Assembly (NCBI GenBank): GCA_027005735.1
Contig: JALTLF010000085.1
Coordinates: 1,927 to 65,926 of the forward strand
Reading direction: 5' to 3'
Length of the DNA stretch: 64,000 nucleotides
Source: Chromatiales bacterium
GTDB taxonomy: Bacteria > Pseudomonadota > Gammaproteobacteria > CAMYNG01
The stretch's first letter is position 1; every line of letters starts with the position of its first letter. The translations under genes were made by a program, and so were the position numbers. Shown piece after piece: positions 28,903 through 37,828 of this stretch. A model generated the notes under the pieces. That model was not told where the DNA came from and did no database searches. It saw only the letters and a program-made list of their open reading frames with translations.

Positions 28903-29439
28903 ATGAACACCGTCCACCTGCGCCTCATGGTCATCGCCCTGCTGGCGCTGCTCGTCAGTGGTTGCGCCTCCGTACCCATGGCCAGCCCCGAAGAAGACCG
29001 CGTCGCCAAGCAATTCCGGCCGACACCGGGCAAGGCGACCATCTACCTGTACCGTAACGAGATCTTTGGCGGCGCCATCGCCATGCAGGTAATGCTCGAT
29101 GGCAGGCCCATGGGCCAGACCGGGCCCGAGACCTATTTTCGCTGGGTGGTCGAGCCGGGCCGCCACACCATTTCGGTGGCGGCTGAGAATGTCGCCGAGC
29201 TGAGCATCGACACCCGCCCGGGCGGGATCTACTTCGTCTGGCAGGAGATCAAGATGGGCCTGTTCATGGCACGCACCCGCCTGGAACTGGTGGATCCGCA
29301 GCGCGGCATGGCTGGCGTCAACGAAAGTTCACTGATCGCCGCGCCCTACGGGGGCGGCGGGGGCAGTGCCGCGCCGAGCAACACTTCTACCAGTCGCGGT
29401 GGTAGCGGCGGCGCGGGAGCGACCAGCTCCAGCCAGTAA
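28903..29439 (+). CDS. DUF2846-like lipoprotein with a Gly-rich C-terminal tail
   Basis: Lipobox LVSGC; 178 aa. Confidence 0.55.
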   Translation: MNTVHLRLMVIALLALLVSGCASVPMASPEEDRVAKQFRPTPGKATIYLYRNEIFGGAIAMQVMLDGRPMGQTGPETYFRWVVEPGRHTISVAAENVAELSIDTRPGGIYFVWQEIKMGLFMARTRLELVDPQRGMAGVNESSLIAAPYGGGGGSAAPSNTSTSRGGSGGAGATSSSQ

Positions 29440-29452
29440 GGCCCTGCCCTGC

Positions 29453-30118
29453 TCAGGACGGGTCGAAAAGGCCCGTCCTGAGAAAGCGGCACACCATGCG
29501 CGCCACGCGCGCCGAGAGCACCAGCCAGATGTGGCTGAGGTGAACCACGCGATGCGCCTTTGCGCCCGCCAGCCGCGTCTCTTCCACCCGCACCGTGCCA
29601 TCGTTGGGGCCGCGCAGGGCGCCGGGCATGAACCAGCCCATGCCCATGGAACGATCCCCCGCGATGATGCCCAGCTCACGCTCACAGTGCCAGCCCGGCG
29701 CATCCCCCAGCACGCCATTGACCACGGCCTTGCCCACCACGAAGCGCAAGCAGCGCGAGCGCGCCACGCGCCTGCCCACCTCGCTGCCCCGCGCGGGGAC
29801 ACCCAGCATGACCACGCGACCCGGCCGCGTGGGCGGGCAGCCGTGGAACAGATGCAGCAACACGAGCCCGCCAAGGCTGTGGGCGACGAAATGCACCGCA
29901 GGCGCCTCGATGCGCGCCACGAAGTCCGCCAGGCGGCGGGCGTTTTCCGCCGGCGTGCGGCGCACGCTGGCATAGGAGAATACGTGGGGCGTGAAGCCGC
30001 ATCGGCGCAGGCGCCGGGCCAGCAGGCGCATGTCGAGGCCCGTCATCCAGATACCGTGCACCAGCACCACCGCCTCGCGTGGCGCATTGTCCCCCTGTCC
30101 CTGCTCGCGTTCAGCCAT
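29453..30118 (-). CDS. Alpha/beta hydrolase (lipase/esterase-like)
   Basis: Nucleophile elbow HSLGG and an oxyanion-like HGIWM. Start at MAEREQG. Confidence 0.65.
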   Translation of the reverse strand: MAEREQGQGDNAPREAVVLVHGIWMTGLDMRLLARRLRRCGFTPHVFSYASVRRTPAENARRLADFVARIEAPAVHFVAHSLGGLVLLHLFHGCPPTRPGRVVMLGVPARGSEVGRRVARSRCLRFVVGKAVVNGVLGDAPGWHCERELGIIAGDRSMGMGWFMPGALRGPNDGTVRVEETRLAGAKAHRVVHLSHIWLVLSARVARMVCRFLRTGLFDPS

Positions 30119-31316
30119 TGAAGACCATCTCGATGCGCACCAGCAGCGAATGCTCGGCGCGAAAACCGGCATCCTTGCGGTAGCGGATCTCGGGTATCAG
30201 TTCCATGAAGAGATAGTCCGAGTGCACGCGCTGGCGATAGCGCAATTGCAGGAGGTAGTCGGTGACGTGCAGGCCCGGGCGGTTGGTGCCGTAGATCCCG
30301 GCCTGGTAGGAGAGGCTGCGCCGGTCACTGAGCTGGTGGGTGAGAGAGATCACTTCGCTCAGGCTGATGTCGTCATTCGCATCGCTCCAGCGCGCGAAGA
30401 ATGCCGCGCGAAAGAGCGAATCGGCGTCCAGCTGATGGTCGAATTCCAGCTGGGTGTCCGCGCCGCCGCCCGTCGAATAGAACCAGTAAACCGACTGGCT
30501 GACGTAGAGTGACCAGTCTTCCAGGGGAAACCGTCGGCTGGCGCGGATACGCACCAGGTAATCCACGGGCGTGCGCAGCTTGATATGCAGGGAGGGCTTG
30601 TAGCGCCACCCTTCTTCCTTGCCGACGTCGGCCTGCAGACCGGCAAACAGGCCCGAATCCCGCTGTTTCTGTTCCAGTACCGTGCGGTCCACGTTGTCGC
30701 GCGCCTGCACCGGATCGCTGGCAAACACCAGCTTCATCTTCTTCTGGGTACGCGGCAACCTGATCTTGATTTTCAGGTTGCCCACGGAACTCAACTGGCC
30801 GCCTTCGGCCCAGCTGGTATCCCAGGTAAAGCGCATGTAGCTGCCCGTGGCATCGTAGAAGACCTTTTCGTTGGCGAAAAAGGCATCCATGTTGCGCGTC
30901 AGCCAGTTGAGGCCGCTGGACACGGCCGCGTGCGGCGCATCGAGAAAGGAGAAAAAGCCGCCTTCATCGGCAGGTGGCGGCTCGCCGGGTTCCATGTCGA
31001 TCTCCAGCGCCTCGCCGCCGGGCTCGCCGATGTCCACATCCACGTCTTCTTCTTCGGGTCCCCCGCTCTCCCCGGGATCGGCCGTCGCGTCTCCCGCCGG
31101 CCGGTCCGCCGGGGCGTCTCCCGGTTCCTCTCCTTCCGCACCCGGCTCGCCGGCCTGCAACAGCGCATCCGGCGGCCCCATGAGTTCGTCGCTGGCGGGA
31201 AGCTCCTCGGCTCGGGCCGCCGGCGGACAGGCCAGCAGCGGAAGCATCGCCAGCAGGCTGGCAACGAGGCAAACGGTGGCCTTCCCTGCACCCGGTGCTG
31301 GCACTCCTGACGGCAT
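30111..31316 (-). CDS. Lipoprotein with a highly acidic Pro/Glu/Asp-rich linker and a ~300-aa beta-rich C-terminal domain
   Basis: Lipobox LLAC, then ~90 aa of E/D/P/G low complexity, then an amphipathic beta-pattern domain. 8-nt overlap with the hydrolase start. Confidence 0.5.
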   Translation of the reverse strand: MPSGVPAPGAGKATVCLVASLLAMLPLLACPPAARAEELPASDELMGPPDALLQAGEPGAEGEEPGDAPADRPAGDATADPGESGGPEEEDVDVDIGEPGGEALEIDMEPGEPPPADEGGFFSFLDAPHAAVSSGLNWLTRNMDAFFANEKVFYDATGSYMRFTWDTSWAEGGQLSSVGNLKIKIRLPRTQKKMKLVFASDPVQARDNVDRTVLEQKQRDSGLFAGLQADVGKEEGWRYKPSLHIKLRTPVDYLVRIRASRRFPLEDWSLYVSQSVYWFYSTGGGADTQLEFDHQLDADSLFRAAFFARWSDANDDISLSEVISLTHQLSDRRSLSYQAGIYGTNRPGLHVTDYLLQLRYRQRVHSDYLFMELIPEIRYRKDAGFRAEHSLLVRIEMVFNG

Positions 31317-31429
31317 GGACTCGATGGACCTCCTGTGCATCGACGGGCAGGCACTGCCCAATGGGCGTGCCGCCATTATCCTACGGCCGGCCGGCGCCTG
31401 TCGATGCTACAATCGAGACAGGCTCTGGC

Positions 31430-32029
31430 ATGGGGGGCACACAGACCGTGAAACTCGCTCACCTGGCGCTCTGCGCCACGCTGCTCCTCTGGGGGTCCGG
31501 CGCCCATGCCGGGGCGCAGGGCGATGGAGATGCGTACAGCCCCATCATCGAGCTGGGCCTCTATTTTGGCGTCGAAGATCTCTCCACCGCGCCCTTCATC
31601 AACGGCACGAAGGACAGCGTGGAAGCCGGCGGGCTGCTGGACTTCAACCTCGGTGCCGTCAGGCACCTGAACGACCGGCATGAATTACAGGTGACGCTGG
31701 GTTTTCGCTTCGATGGCACCAACGGCACCACCGGCAATGTCTCCTGGTCACGCTGGGTCGTGGAGGGCAAGTATTTCTACCGCATGGCCCATACACGGCT
31801 GGGCCTGGGGGTGTCCTACCACGTCAACCCGAGTTTCGAGATCAATCTCGAGGGCTTCCCCTCCATCGCGGTGGATTTCGACAACGGCCTTGGTTATGTC
31901 CTCGAGTGGGACCACCTCTCCCGACATACCTACTACGGCCTCAAGTACACGCTCATCGACTACACCGGCGGGGGCCTCAGCGTCGATGGCAGCAGCCTCG
32001 CGCTGGTCTATGGTTTCAATTTCCGCTGA
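31430..32029 (+). CDS. Small outer-membrane beta-barrel-like protein, paralog 1
   Basis: Signal peptide, alternating hydrophobic pattern, C-terminal YGFNFR with terminal aromatic; 199 aa. Confidence 0.55.
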   Translation: MGGTQTVKLAHLALCATLLLWGSGAHAGAQGDGDAYSPIIELGLYFGVEDLSTAPFINGTKDSVEAGGLLDFNLGAVRHLNDRHELQVTLGFRFDGTNGTTGNVSWSRWVVEGKYFYRMAHTRLGLGVSYHVNPSFEINLEGFPSIAVDFDNGLGYVLEWDHLSRHTYYGLKYTLIDYTGGGLSVDGSSLALVYGFNFR

Positions 32030-32192
32030 GGGACGCACCCCCTTTGCCTGATCCGCCCGGCCTGTAGTCCGCGAGAAATGGCAAATTCATGATCTGCCTC
32101 AAGAACAGGGCACTTCCACGCACGCACTGGCCGGGGCGAGTGATACAATCCGTGGAGGAATACCATGAACCGGATGGAACAGGGAGGACAGC

Positions 32193-32792
32193 ATGAAAAT
32201 TCTCAGACTTGCATTATGCGCCATTGTCCTGGCATGGACGGGCAACGCCATTGCTGCGGACGAGCATTCCGGCACCATGATGAGTGGGGGAGGAAGCGGC
32301 GGGCTGAGGCCCGTTCTCGAACTCGGCCTCTATTTCGGTGGCGATGACCTTGCCACGGTGCAGTTCGTCAGCGGCACCACCGAGACCATCGAGACCGGCG
32401 GGCTGCTGGACGTCAGTTTCGGTTTCGTCAAGCCCATGGCCCCGGAGCGGGAGCTGCAGGTCACGCTGGGCTACCGCTTCGACAGCATCGACGCCATCAA
32501 TGGCTCCGTGGACTGGTCGCGCTGGGTCCTGGAAGGCAAGTATTTCTTCCTCGACGGTCGTTCGCGCTTCGGCGCCGGGCTGACCTACCACATGAGCCCG
32601 GATCTTGAAATCAATCTGTTGGGTTCCCTGGTAGTGAGCTTCGACAACGCGCTGGGCCTCGTCGGTGAGTGGGACTACCTCTTCCTCAACAACAGCTACC
32701 TGGGCGTCAAGTACACCCTCATCGACTACGAGGTGGGCGGGGTCTCCGCCGACGGCAACAGCCTCGGCATCGTCTACGGATTCAGATTCTAA
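32193..32792 (+). CDS. Small outer-membrane beta-barrel-like protein, paralog 2
   Basis: About 55% identical to paralog 1 (LELGLYFGxDDL, RWVxEGKYFF, YTLIDY, ends YGFRF); also 199 aa. Confidence 0.55.
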   Translation: MKILRLALCAIVLAWTGNAIAADEHSGTMMSGGGSGGLRPVLELGLYFGGDDLATVQFVSGTTETIETGGLLDVSFGFVKPMAPERELQVTLGYRFDSIDAINGSVDWSRWVLEGKYFFLDGRSRFGAGLTYHMSPDLEINLLGSLVVSFDNALGLVGEWDYLFLNNSYLGVKYTLIDYEVGGVSADGNSLGIVYGFRF

Positions 32793-32822
32793 ATACGTGT
32801 TCCGAATTCCACTACAGTTTAC
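32789..32822. repeat. Truncated left end of the ~208-bp structured repeat family
   Basis: CTAAATACGTGTTCCGAATTCCACTACAGTTTA matches the first ~33 bp of the full copy at 63682 (1 mismatch), then diverges. Confidence 0.6.
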
Positions 32823-32873
32823 CGACATCAGTCTCTCACCGGCCTGCCAGGCCGGGGGCGTGCTCGGCCGGAC

Positions 32874-33494
32874 TCAGCTGGCGGGCACCGCCTGCGGCGG
32901 TGGCCCGCCAGGGGGTTCCACCACCACGCCCGCCTTGCGCAGGCGCGCGCGCAGACGCGCCAGATCGGCGTCCATGAGGGGCAGGATCTCCGTCTTGAAC
33001 CGATCAATCCGCTTGCGCAGGAGTTTGCGCATGCGCGGCACGCTGTGATAGCGGTTGTGGGTACGTTCGAGGATATCGTTGACGTCGTCGTAGAAGTACT
33101 GCACCCCGAGCAGAATGCGCGTCGGCGTCGCCAGGGTCGAGGGTGATTCCCTGAGCGTCTCCATGATGAAGTACTTGAACTTCGGGATCCCTTCGATGTT
33201 GTGCCGATACATGCCCCTGCGCTCCGCAAAGGCCAGGATGGTCTCCGCGACTTCGAGGTTGTAGCGCACCTCTTCGCGCACCGACTGGCGCAGGTAATAA
33301 TTGTCGCGATCGGCGCGAATGGCCTCGAACTCCACCGCGGTCTCCAGCCCCGCGCGCGCCGCGAGGTACACGCCCAGGACCGTGGAGGCCAGCACCACGG
33401 CATTACTCAGCCAGAACTCCCAGCCCATGCGGGCGAAAAAGTGGCGCACGCGGCTGGCGATGCGTCGCGGCAGGGTGATGATGGCCGGCAACAT
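32874..33494 (-). CDS. Hypothetical membrane-anchored protein
   Basis: 206 aa with one predicted N-terminal TM. 38 bp downstream of dctP on the same strand. No recognisable domain. Confidence 0.4.
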   Translation of the reverse strand: MLPAIITLPRRIASRVRHFFARMGWEFWLSNAVVLASTVLGVYLAARAGLETAVEFEAIRADRDNYYLRQSVREEVRYNLEVAETILAFAERRGMYRHNIEGIPKFKYFIMETLRESPSTLATPTRILLGVQYFYDDVNDILERTHNRYHSVPRMRKLLRKRIDRFKTEILPLMDADLARLRARLRKAGVVVEPPGGPPPQAVPAS

Positions 33495-33532
33495 GCCCGA
33501 ACCCTCCTGTTCCGTCTCTGCAAAGACTGCCT

Positions 33533-34600
33533 TCAGGCGCGCGCCTGGTAGTAGGCCAGCTCCGAGATATCGTGCCAGGCCCGTGCCTCGTCACGGAAAC
33601 GGCGGAAGGAGTCGAAGACCTTGCGCGCCCTGGCGTCCTTCGCCGCCACTTCCGCCACGACCTCGTCGGAGAGGCTCCTGAGTTTTTTCAGCACGTCCTC
33701 GGGGAAGGGGCGCAGATCCACCTTGTGCTTCGTGACCAGGGTATGCAGGGCAGTGTTGTTACGCGCGGTGTACTCCGCCAGCATGTCCTGGTTGACCACC
33801 TTGCAGGCGTTGAGGACGATGGACTGGAGATCCGCGGGCAGCGCCGCGAAGGCCTTGCGGTTGATCAAGGCCTCCAGGGTCGTGCCCGGTTCGTGCCAGC
33901 CGGGATAGTAGTAGTATTTCGCCACCTTGTAGAGACCAAAGGCGAGATCGTTGTAGGGACCCACCCATTCGGTGGCGTCGATGTTGCCCGACTGCAAGGA
34001 GGTATAGATCTCGCCACCGGGCAGGGAGACGGGCGTGCCGCCGGCGCGCTTGAGCACTTCGCCGCCGAGACCCGGGATGCGCATCTTGAGTCCCCTGAGA
34101 TCCCTGAGCGAATTGATCTCCTTGTTGAACCAGCCGCCCATCTGCACGCCGGTATTGCCGGCCGCTGCCGGGATGAGATCGAAGTCCGCATAGAGCTGCG
34201 TCCACAGCTCCATGCCGCCGCCATGATAGAGCCAGCCGTTCATCTCCTGGGCATTGAGGCCAAAGGGCACGGCGGCAAAGAACTGCGCCGCTTCGCTCTT
34301 GCCCTTCCAGTAATAGGCCGCGCCGTGGCCCATCTGCGCCGTACCGCGTGATACCGCGTCGAATACCTCGAAGGCCGGCACCAGTTCCCTGGCGCCATAG
34401 ACCTTGACCTTCATGCGCCCGCCGCTCATTTCACCGATCAGGGCGGCGAGCCGGTTGGCGCCCGTGCCCAGGCCGGGGAAATTCTTCGGCCAGGTGGTGA
34501 CCATTTTCCACTTGATGGTCTTGCCGGCCACGGCAATGGCCGGCGCGGCCACCAGCGAACCGGCGACGCCGGCGGTCTTGATAAAGTCTCTGCGCTTCAT
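33533..34600 (-). CDS. dctP: TRAP transporter solute-binding protein (DctP family, Tat signal)
   Basis: RRDFIK twin-arginine signal and a DctP-family sequence; 355 aa. About 5 kb away from dctQM on the opposite strand. Confidence 0.8.
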   Translation of the reverse strand: MKRRDFIKTAGVAGSLVAAPAIAVAGKTIKWKMVTTWPKNFPGLGTGANRLAALIGEMSGGRMKVKVYGARELVPAFEVFDAVSRGTAQMGHGAAYYWKGKSEAAQFFAAVPFGLNAQEMNGWLYHGGGMELWTQLYADFDLIPAAAGNTGVQMGGWFNKEINSLRDLRGLKMRIPGLGGEVLKRAGGTPVSLPGGEIYTSLQSGNIDATEWVGPYNDLAFGLYKVAKYYYYPGWHEPGTTLEALINRKAFAALPADLQSIVLNACKVVNQDMLAEYTARNNTALHTLVTKHKVDLRPFPEDVLKKLRSLSDEVVAEVAAKDARARKVFDSFRRFRDEARAWHDISELAYYQARA

Positions 34601-34625
34601 GACATTCCTCGCTATGGAGTGCGAA

Positions 34626-34646
34626 ATTGTTTACTTATTGAACAAT
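34626..34646. promoter_or_regulatory. Imperfect palindrome in the dctP / GGDEF-EAL divergent region (candidate regulator site)
   Basis: ATTGTTTActtatTGAACAAT (TTGTTTA N5 TGAACAA), 26 nt upstream of the dctP start codon. Confidence 0.25.
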
Positions 34647-34915
34647 CGAACAGGTTGGAAACCTTCATCCCCCGTGCAGCAAAGTCAAAATGGGGAAACA
34701 GATCAATACCATGGGTTGTGTTTTTCCGCGCCGACGTGAAGAAGATCACGCAAACCGGCGTTTGTATTTTTATCGTCGAACAGGCCGCAAAAAAACATCC
34801 CCGACGCTGGAATGTCCCCACGGCATTTGCCATGATAGCAGACAAGCCGATGCGTGTTGACAACGGCAACTCACAACAAATTTCGGGAAGGAAACAGCGG
34901 GATCAACGCAAACAG

Positions 34916-37783
34916 ATGGAACGCCGCCTGAGACGTATCGGTTTTCGCCTGACCCTGCTGTTCGCAAGCAGCCTCGCCCTGCCCCCGCTCATCACCCTTG
35001 CCGTCAGCCTCTACCCTGGCCTGCTCAATCAGGACACCCTGCTGGCGAGCGGCAGCCCGCTGCTGGCCCTCTACCTCGCGCTGGTCGCCGGCGGCACCCT
35101 CTACCTGCGGCGCTACCTGCAGCCGGTGTTTGCATGGATCGCCAGCCATCCCAGGCGCGTGCTCACGGAACAACTGGCTGAGCGCCTGGCGGGCTTCGGC
35201 AGCCACTACTGGGGACTGATCCTCCTCGGCGTGCTCCTGCTGCCCACCGCCCAGCACTGGCTGGGGCTTGCCCGCCCGGCCACCGCCGCCAGCCTGTTGC
35301 AGTTCGTGCTCTTGCATCTCACCGTCGCGTCACTGGCTGCCATGCCAGGCTACCTGCTGTCGCTGGGTCTGCTGGGACAACTGGCGCGTTACACCGGCGT
35401 GGATCGCATCCACATGAGCATGCACGACAAGATGCTGCTCATCGGCGCCTGGATCCCGCTGCTCATCGAGATGGTGTTGCTGCGCTACTACCAGTGGCGC
35501 AACGGAGAGCTGCCTCTCGAACTGCTGCTGGGCGCCGCCCTGCTCGCCGCCGTGGGGATCACCGTGACCCTGCTGGCGGCACGCTCCCTGCGCCAGGCGC
35601 TGGCGCCGCTGGATGCCGTGAACCACAACAGCGGCGCCTCCAGGCACGATGATCTGGTGAGCCGCCTGCGGCCACGTTCCCACGACGAATTCGGTTTTCT
35701 CCTCCAGACCCTGGCGCGCCTGTTCCGCCGCCTCGGCGAACAGGACGCCACCGTGCACGCCATCATCGACAATGCCGCCGAGGGCATCGTGGTGGTGGAC
35801 GAGGAGGGCGCCATCCAGCTTGCCAACCCGGCCGCGGCGCGGCTGTTCGGCGCCGCGCCCGGCGAACTCTGCGGCCGCCCGCTGGCAACGCTGCTGCCCG
35901 AGGTGGCGCGGCAGTTGCGCGAGGGCCTGAGCGTGCCCCGCGATCTCGAGATCGATTACCGGCGGGGCACAAGCACGCGCGTGCTGTCGGTGCGCACCAG
36001 CGGCATGGAAGTGGAGCAGTCACGCTACAGCGTCTGCCTGCTGGCGGACATCACGCGGCGCAAGGAGGCGGAGGTAAAACTCATCGAGGCCGAGGCGCGC
36101 TACCGCAACCTGGTGGAGACGGCCCACGATCTGGTGTGGAGCATGGATCCCGAGGGGCGCTGGACCTACCTCAACCAGGCCGCCATGGCCATCTACCGCC
36201 TGCCCCCGGCCGAGATGCTCGGCCGCCACTTCAGCGACTTCCAGGCGCCGGGACAGGAAAGCCGCAACGAGGAGGCACTGGCCACCCTGCTGGCCGGCAA
36301 GGAACTGGTGCACTTCGAGACCGTCCACCAGGATCGCCACGGCGCGAAACACCACCTGAGTTTCAATGCGCGGCCCATCTTCGACGATCAGGGCCGTGTG
36401 AGTTACATCACCGGCACCGCGCGGGACATCACCGAACAGAAGGCCTACGAACAGGAACTCACCTACCAGGCCGAGCACGATACCCTCACCGGGCTCTACA
36501 ACCGCAAGTATTTCCACCAGGAACTCAACCGCGTCATCGCCCGCGTGGCACGCAGCGGCGCCACCTGCGCGCTGTTCTATATCGATCTCGACCAGTTCAA
36601 GTACATCAACGACACGCTGGGTCACGCCGCCGGCGACCAGTTGCTCAATGAATGCACCGCCCTGCTGCGCAGCCACACCCGCGACGGCGACCTGCTGGCA
36701 CGCTTCGGCGGCGACGAGTTCACCGTGCTGCTCTACAACGTCAACGGTCCCCAGGCCCTCAGCGCGGCAGAGAACCTGCGCGAGCTGTTCGAGCGTTTCT
36801 CCTTCTTCTATGATCGCAAGTCCTTCAACATCACCTGCTCCATCGGCATCTCGCTCATCGACAATCGCGCCGAGACCGCCGACGAGGTGCTGGCCCACGC
36901 CGACCTCGCCTGCAACCTCGCCAAGTCACAGGGCCGCAACCGCGTGCATCTCTACACCGAGAGCGATCCCGACAAGGCCGACCTCGCCGAGGACATGGGC
37001 TGGGCGGCGCGCGTGCGCGACGCCTGCGAACACGATCACTTCGTGCTCATGTTCCAGCCCATCATGTCCATGGACGATGGCCGGGTGCGCGACTACGAGA
37101 CCCTGTTGCGCATCCGTACCGAGGACAACGAGTTCATCCTGCCGGGCGGTTTCATGCCCGCGGCGGAGCGCTTTGGCCTGATCCACAACGTCGACCGCTG
37201 GACCGTGCGCAACGCCATCCGGCGCCTCGGGCGCCTGCGTGCGCAGGGCCTCGACACGCGTTTTGCCATCAACCTCTCGGGACGGGCGGTGGAAGATCAC
37301 AGCCTCGTGGAACTGATAAAAGACACCCTGCGAGAGAATGACGTGCCGGCGGAGGCGGTCACCTTCGAACTCACCGAGACCGCGGCCATCGCCAACCTGC
37401 GCGGCGCGGCCAGTTTCATCCACGCGCTGCGCGATCTCGGTTGCGGTTTCGCGCTGGACGACTTCGGCTCCGGTTTCTGTTCCTTCGCCTACCTCAAGCA
37501 CCTGCCGGTGGACATGCTCAAGATCGACGGCTCCTTCGTGCAGGGTCTCACCCGCGGCCAGGTGGATCAGGCCATGGTGCAGTCCATGGCCAACGTCGCC
37601 CACGCGCTGGACAAGAAGACCGTCGCCGAGTTCGTCGAGGACGAGGAGACCATGGTGATGTTGCGCGAGCTCAACGTGGACTATGCCCAGGGGCACTTCA
37701 TCGGCGTGCCCGAGCACCACATCCCCGGCGAACGGGACGAGGCGGCGCACCGCGACGACAAGGTGGTGATCCTGCACCCCTGA
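34916..37783 (+). CDS. Membrane sensor with a multi-TM N-terminal domain, PAS domains, GGDEF and EAL (c-di-GMP cyclase/phosphodiesterase)
   Basis: ~8 TM helices, PAS repeats, GGDEF (RFGGDEFTVLL) and EAL (EDNEFILPGGFMPAAER...ELTET). Start uncertain: MERRL at 34916 or earlier in-frame ATGs. Confidence 0.8.
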   Translation: MERRLRRIGFRLTLLFASSLALPPLITLAVSLYPGLLNQDTLLASGSPLLALYLALVAGGTLYLRRYLQPVFAWIASHPRRVLTEQLAERLAGFGSHYWGLILLGVLLLPTAQHWLGLARPATAASLLQFVLLHLTVASLAAMPGYLLSLGLLGQLARYTGVDRIHMSMHDKMLLIGAWIPLLIEMVLLRYYQWRNGELPLELLLGAALLAAVGITVTLLAARSLRQALAPLDAVNHNSGASRHDDLVSRLRPRSHDEFGFLLQTLARLFRRLGEQDATVHAIIDNAAEGIVVVDEEGAIQLANPAAARLFGAAPGELCGRPLATLLPEVARQLREGLSVPRDLEIDYRRGTSTRVLSVRTSGMEVEQSRYSVCLLADITRRKEAEVKLIEAEARYRNLVETAHDLVWSMDPEGRWTYLNQAAMAIYRLPPAEMLGRHFSDFQAPGQESRNEEALATLLAGKELVHFETVHQDRHGAKHHLSFNARPIFDDQGRVSYITGTARDITEQKAYEQELTYQAEHDTLTGLYNRKYFHQELNRVIARVARSGATCALFYIDLDQFKYINDTLGHAAGDQLLNECTALLRSHTRDGDLLARFGGDEFTVLLYNVNGPQALSAAENLRELFERFSFFYDRKSFNITCSIGISLIDNRAETADEVLAHADLACNLAKSQGRNRVHLYTESDPDKADLAEDMGWAARVRDACEHDHFVLMFQPIMSMDDGRVRDYETLLRIRTEDNEFILPGGFMPAAERFGLIHNVDRWTVRNAIRRLGRLRAQGLDTRFAINLSGRAVEDHSLVELIKDTLRENDVPAEAVTFELTETAAIANLRGAASFIHALRDLGCGFALDDFGSGFCSFAYLKHLPVDMLKIDGSFVQGLTRGQVDQAMVQSMANVAHALDKKTVAEFVEDEETMVMLRELNVDYAQGHFIGVPEHHIPGERDEAAHRDDKVVILHP

Positions 37784-37828
37784 GTCCCGCCCGGCGAGAT
37801 ACAGGCAGCTGATCGGGGATCGGGCTGT

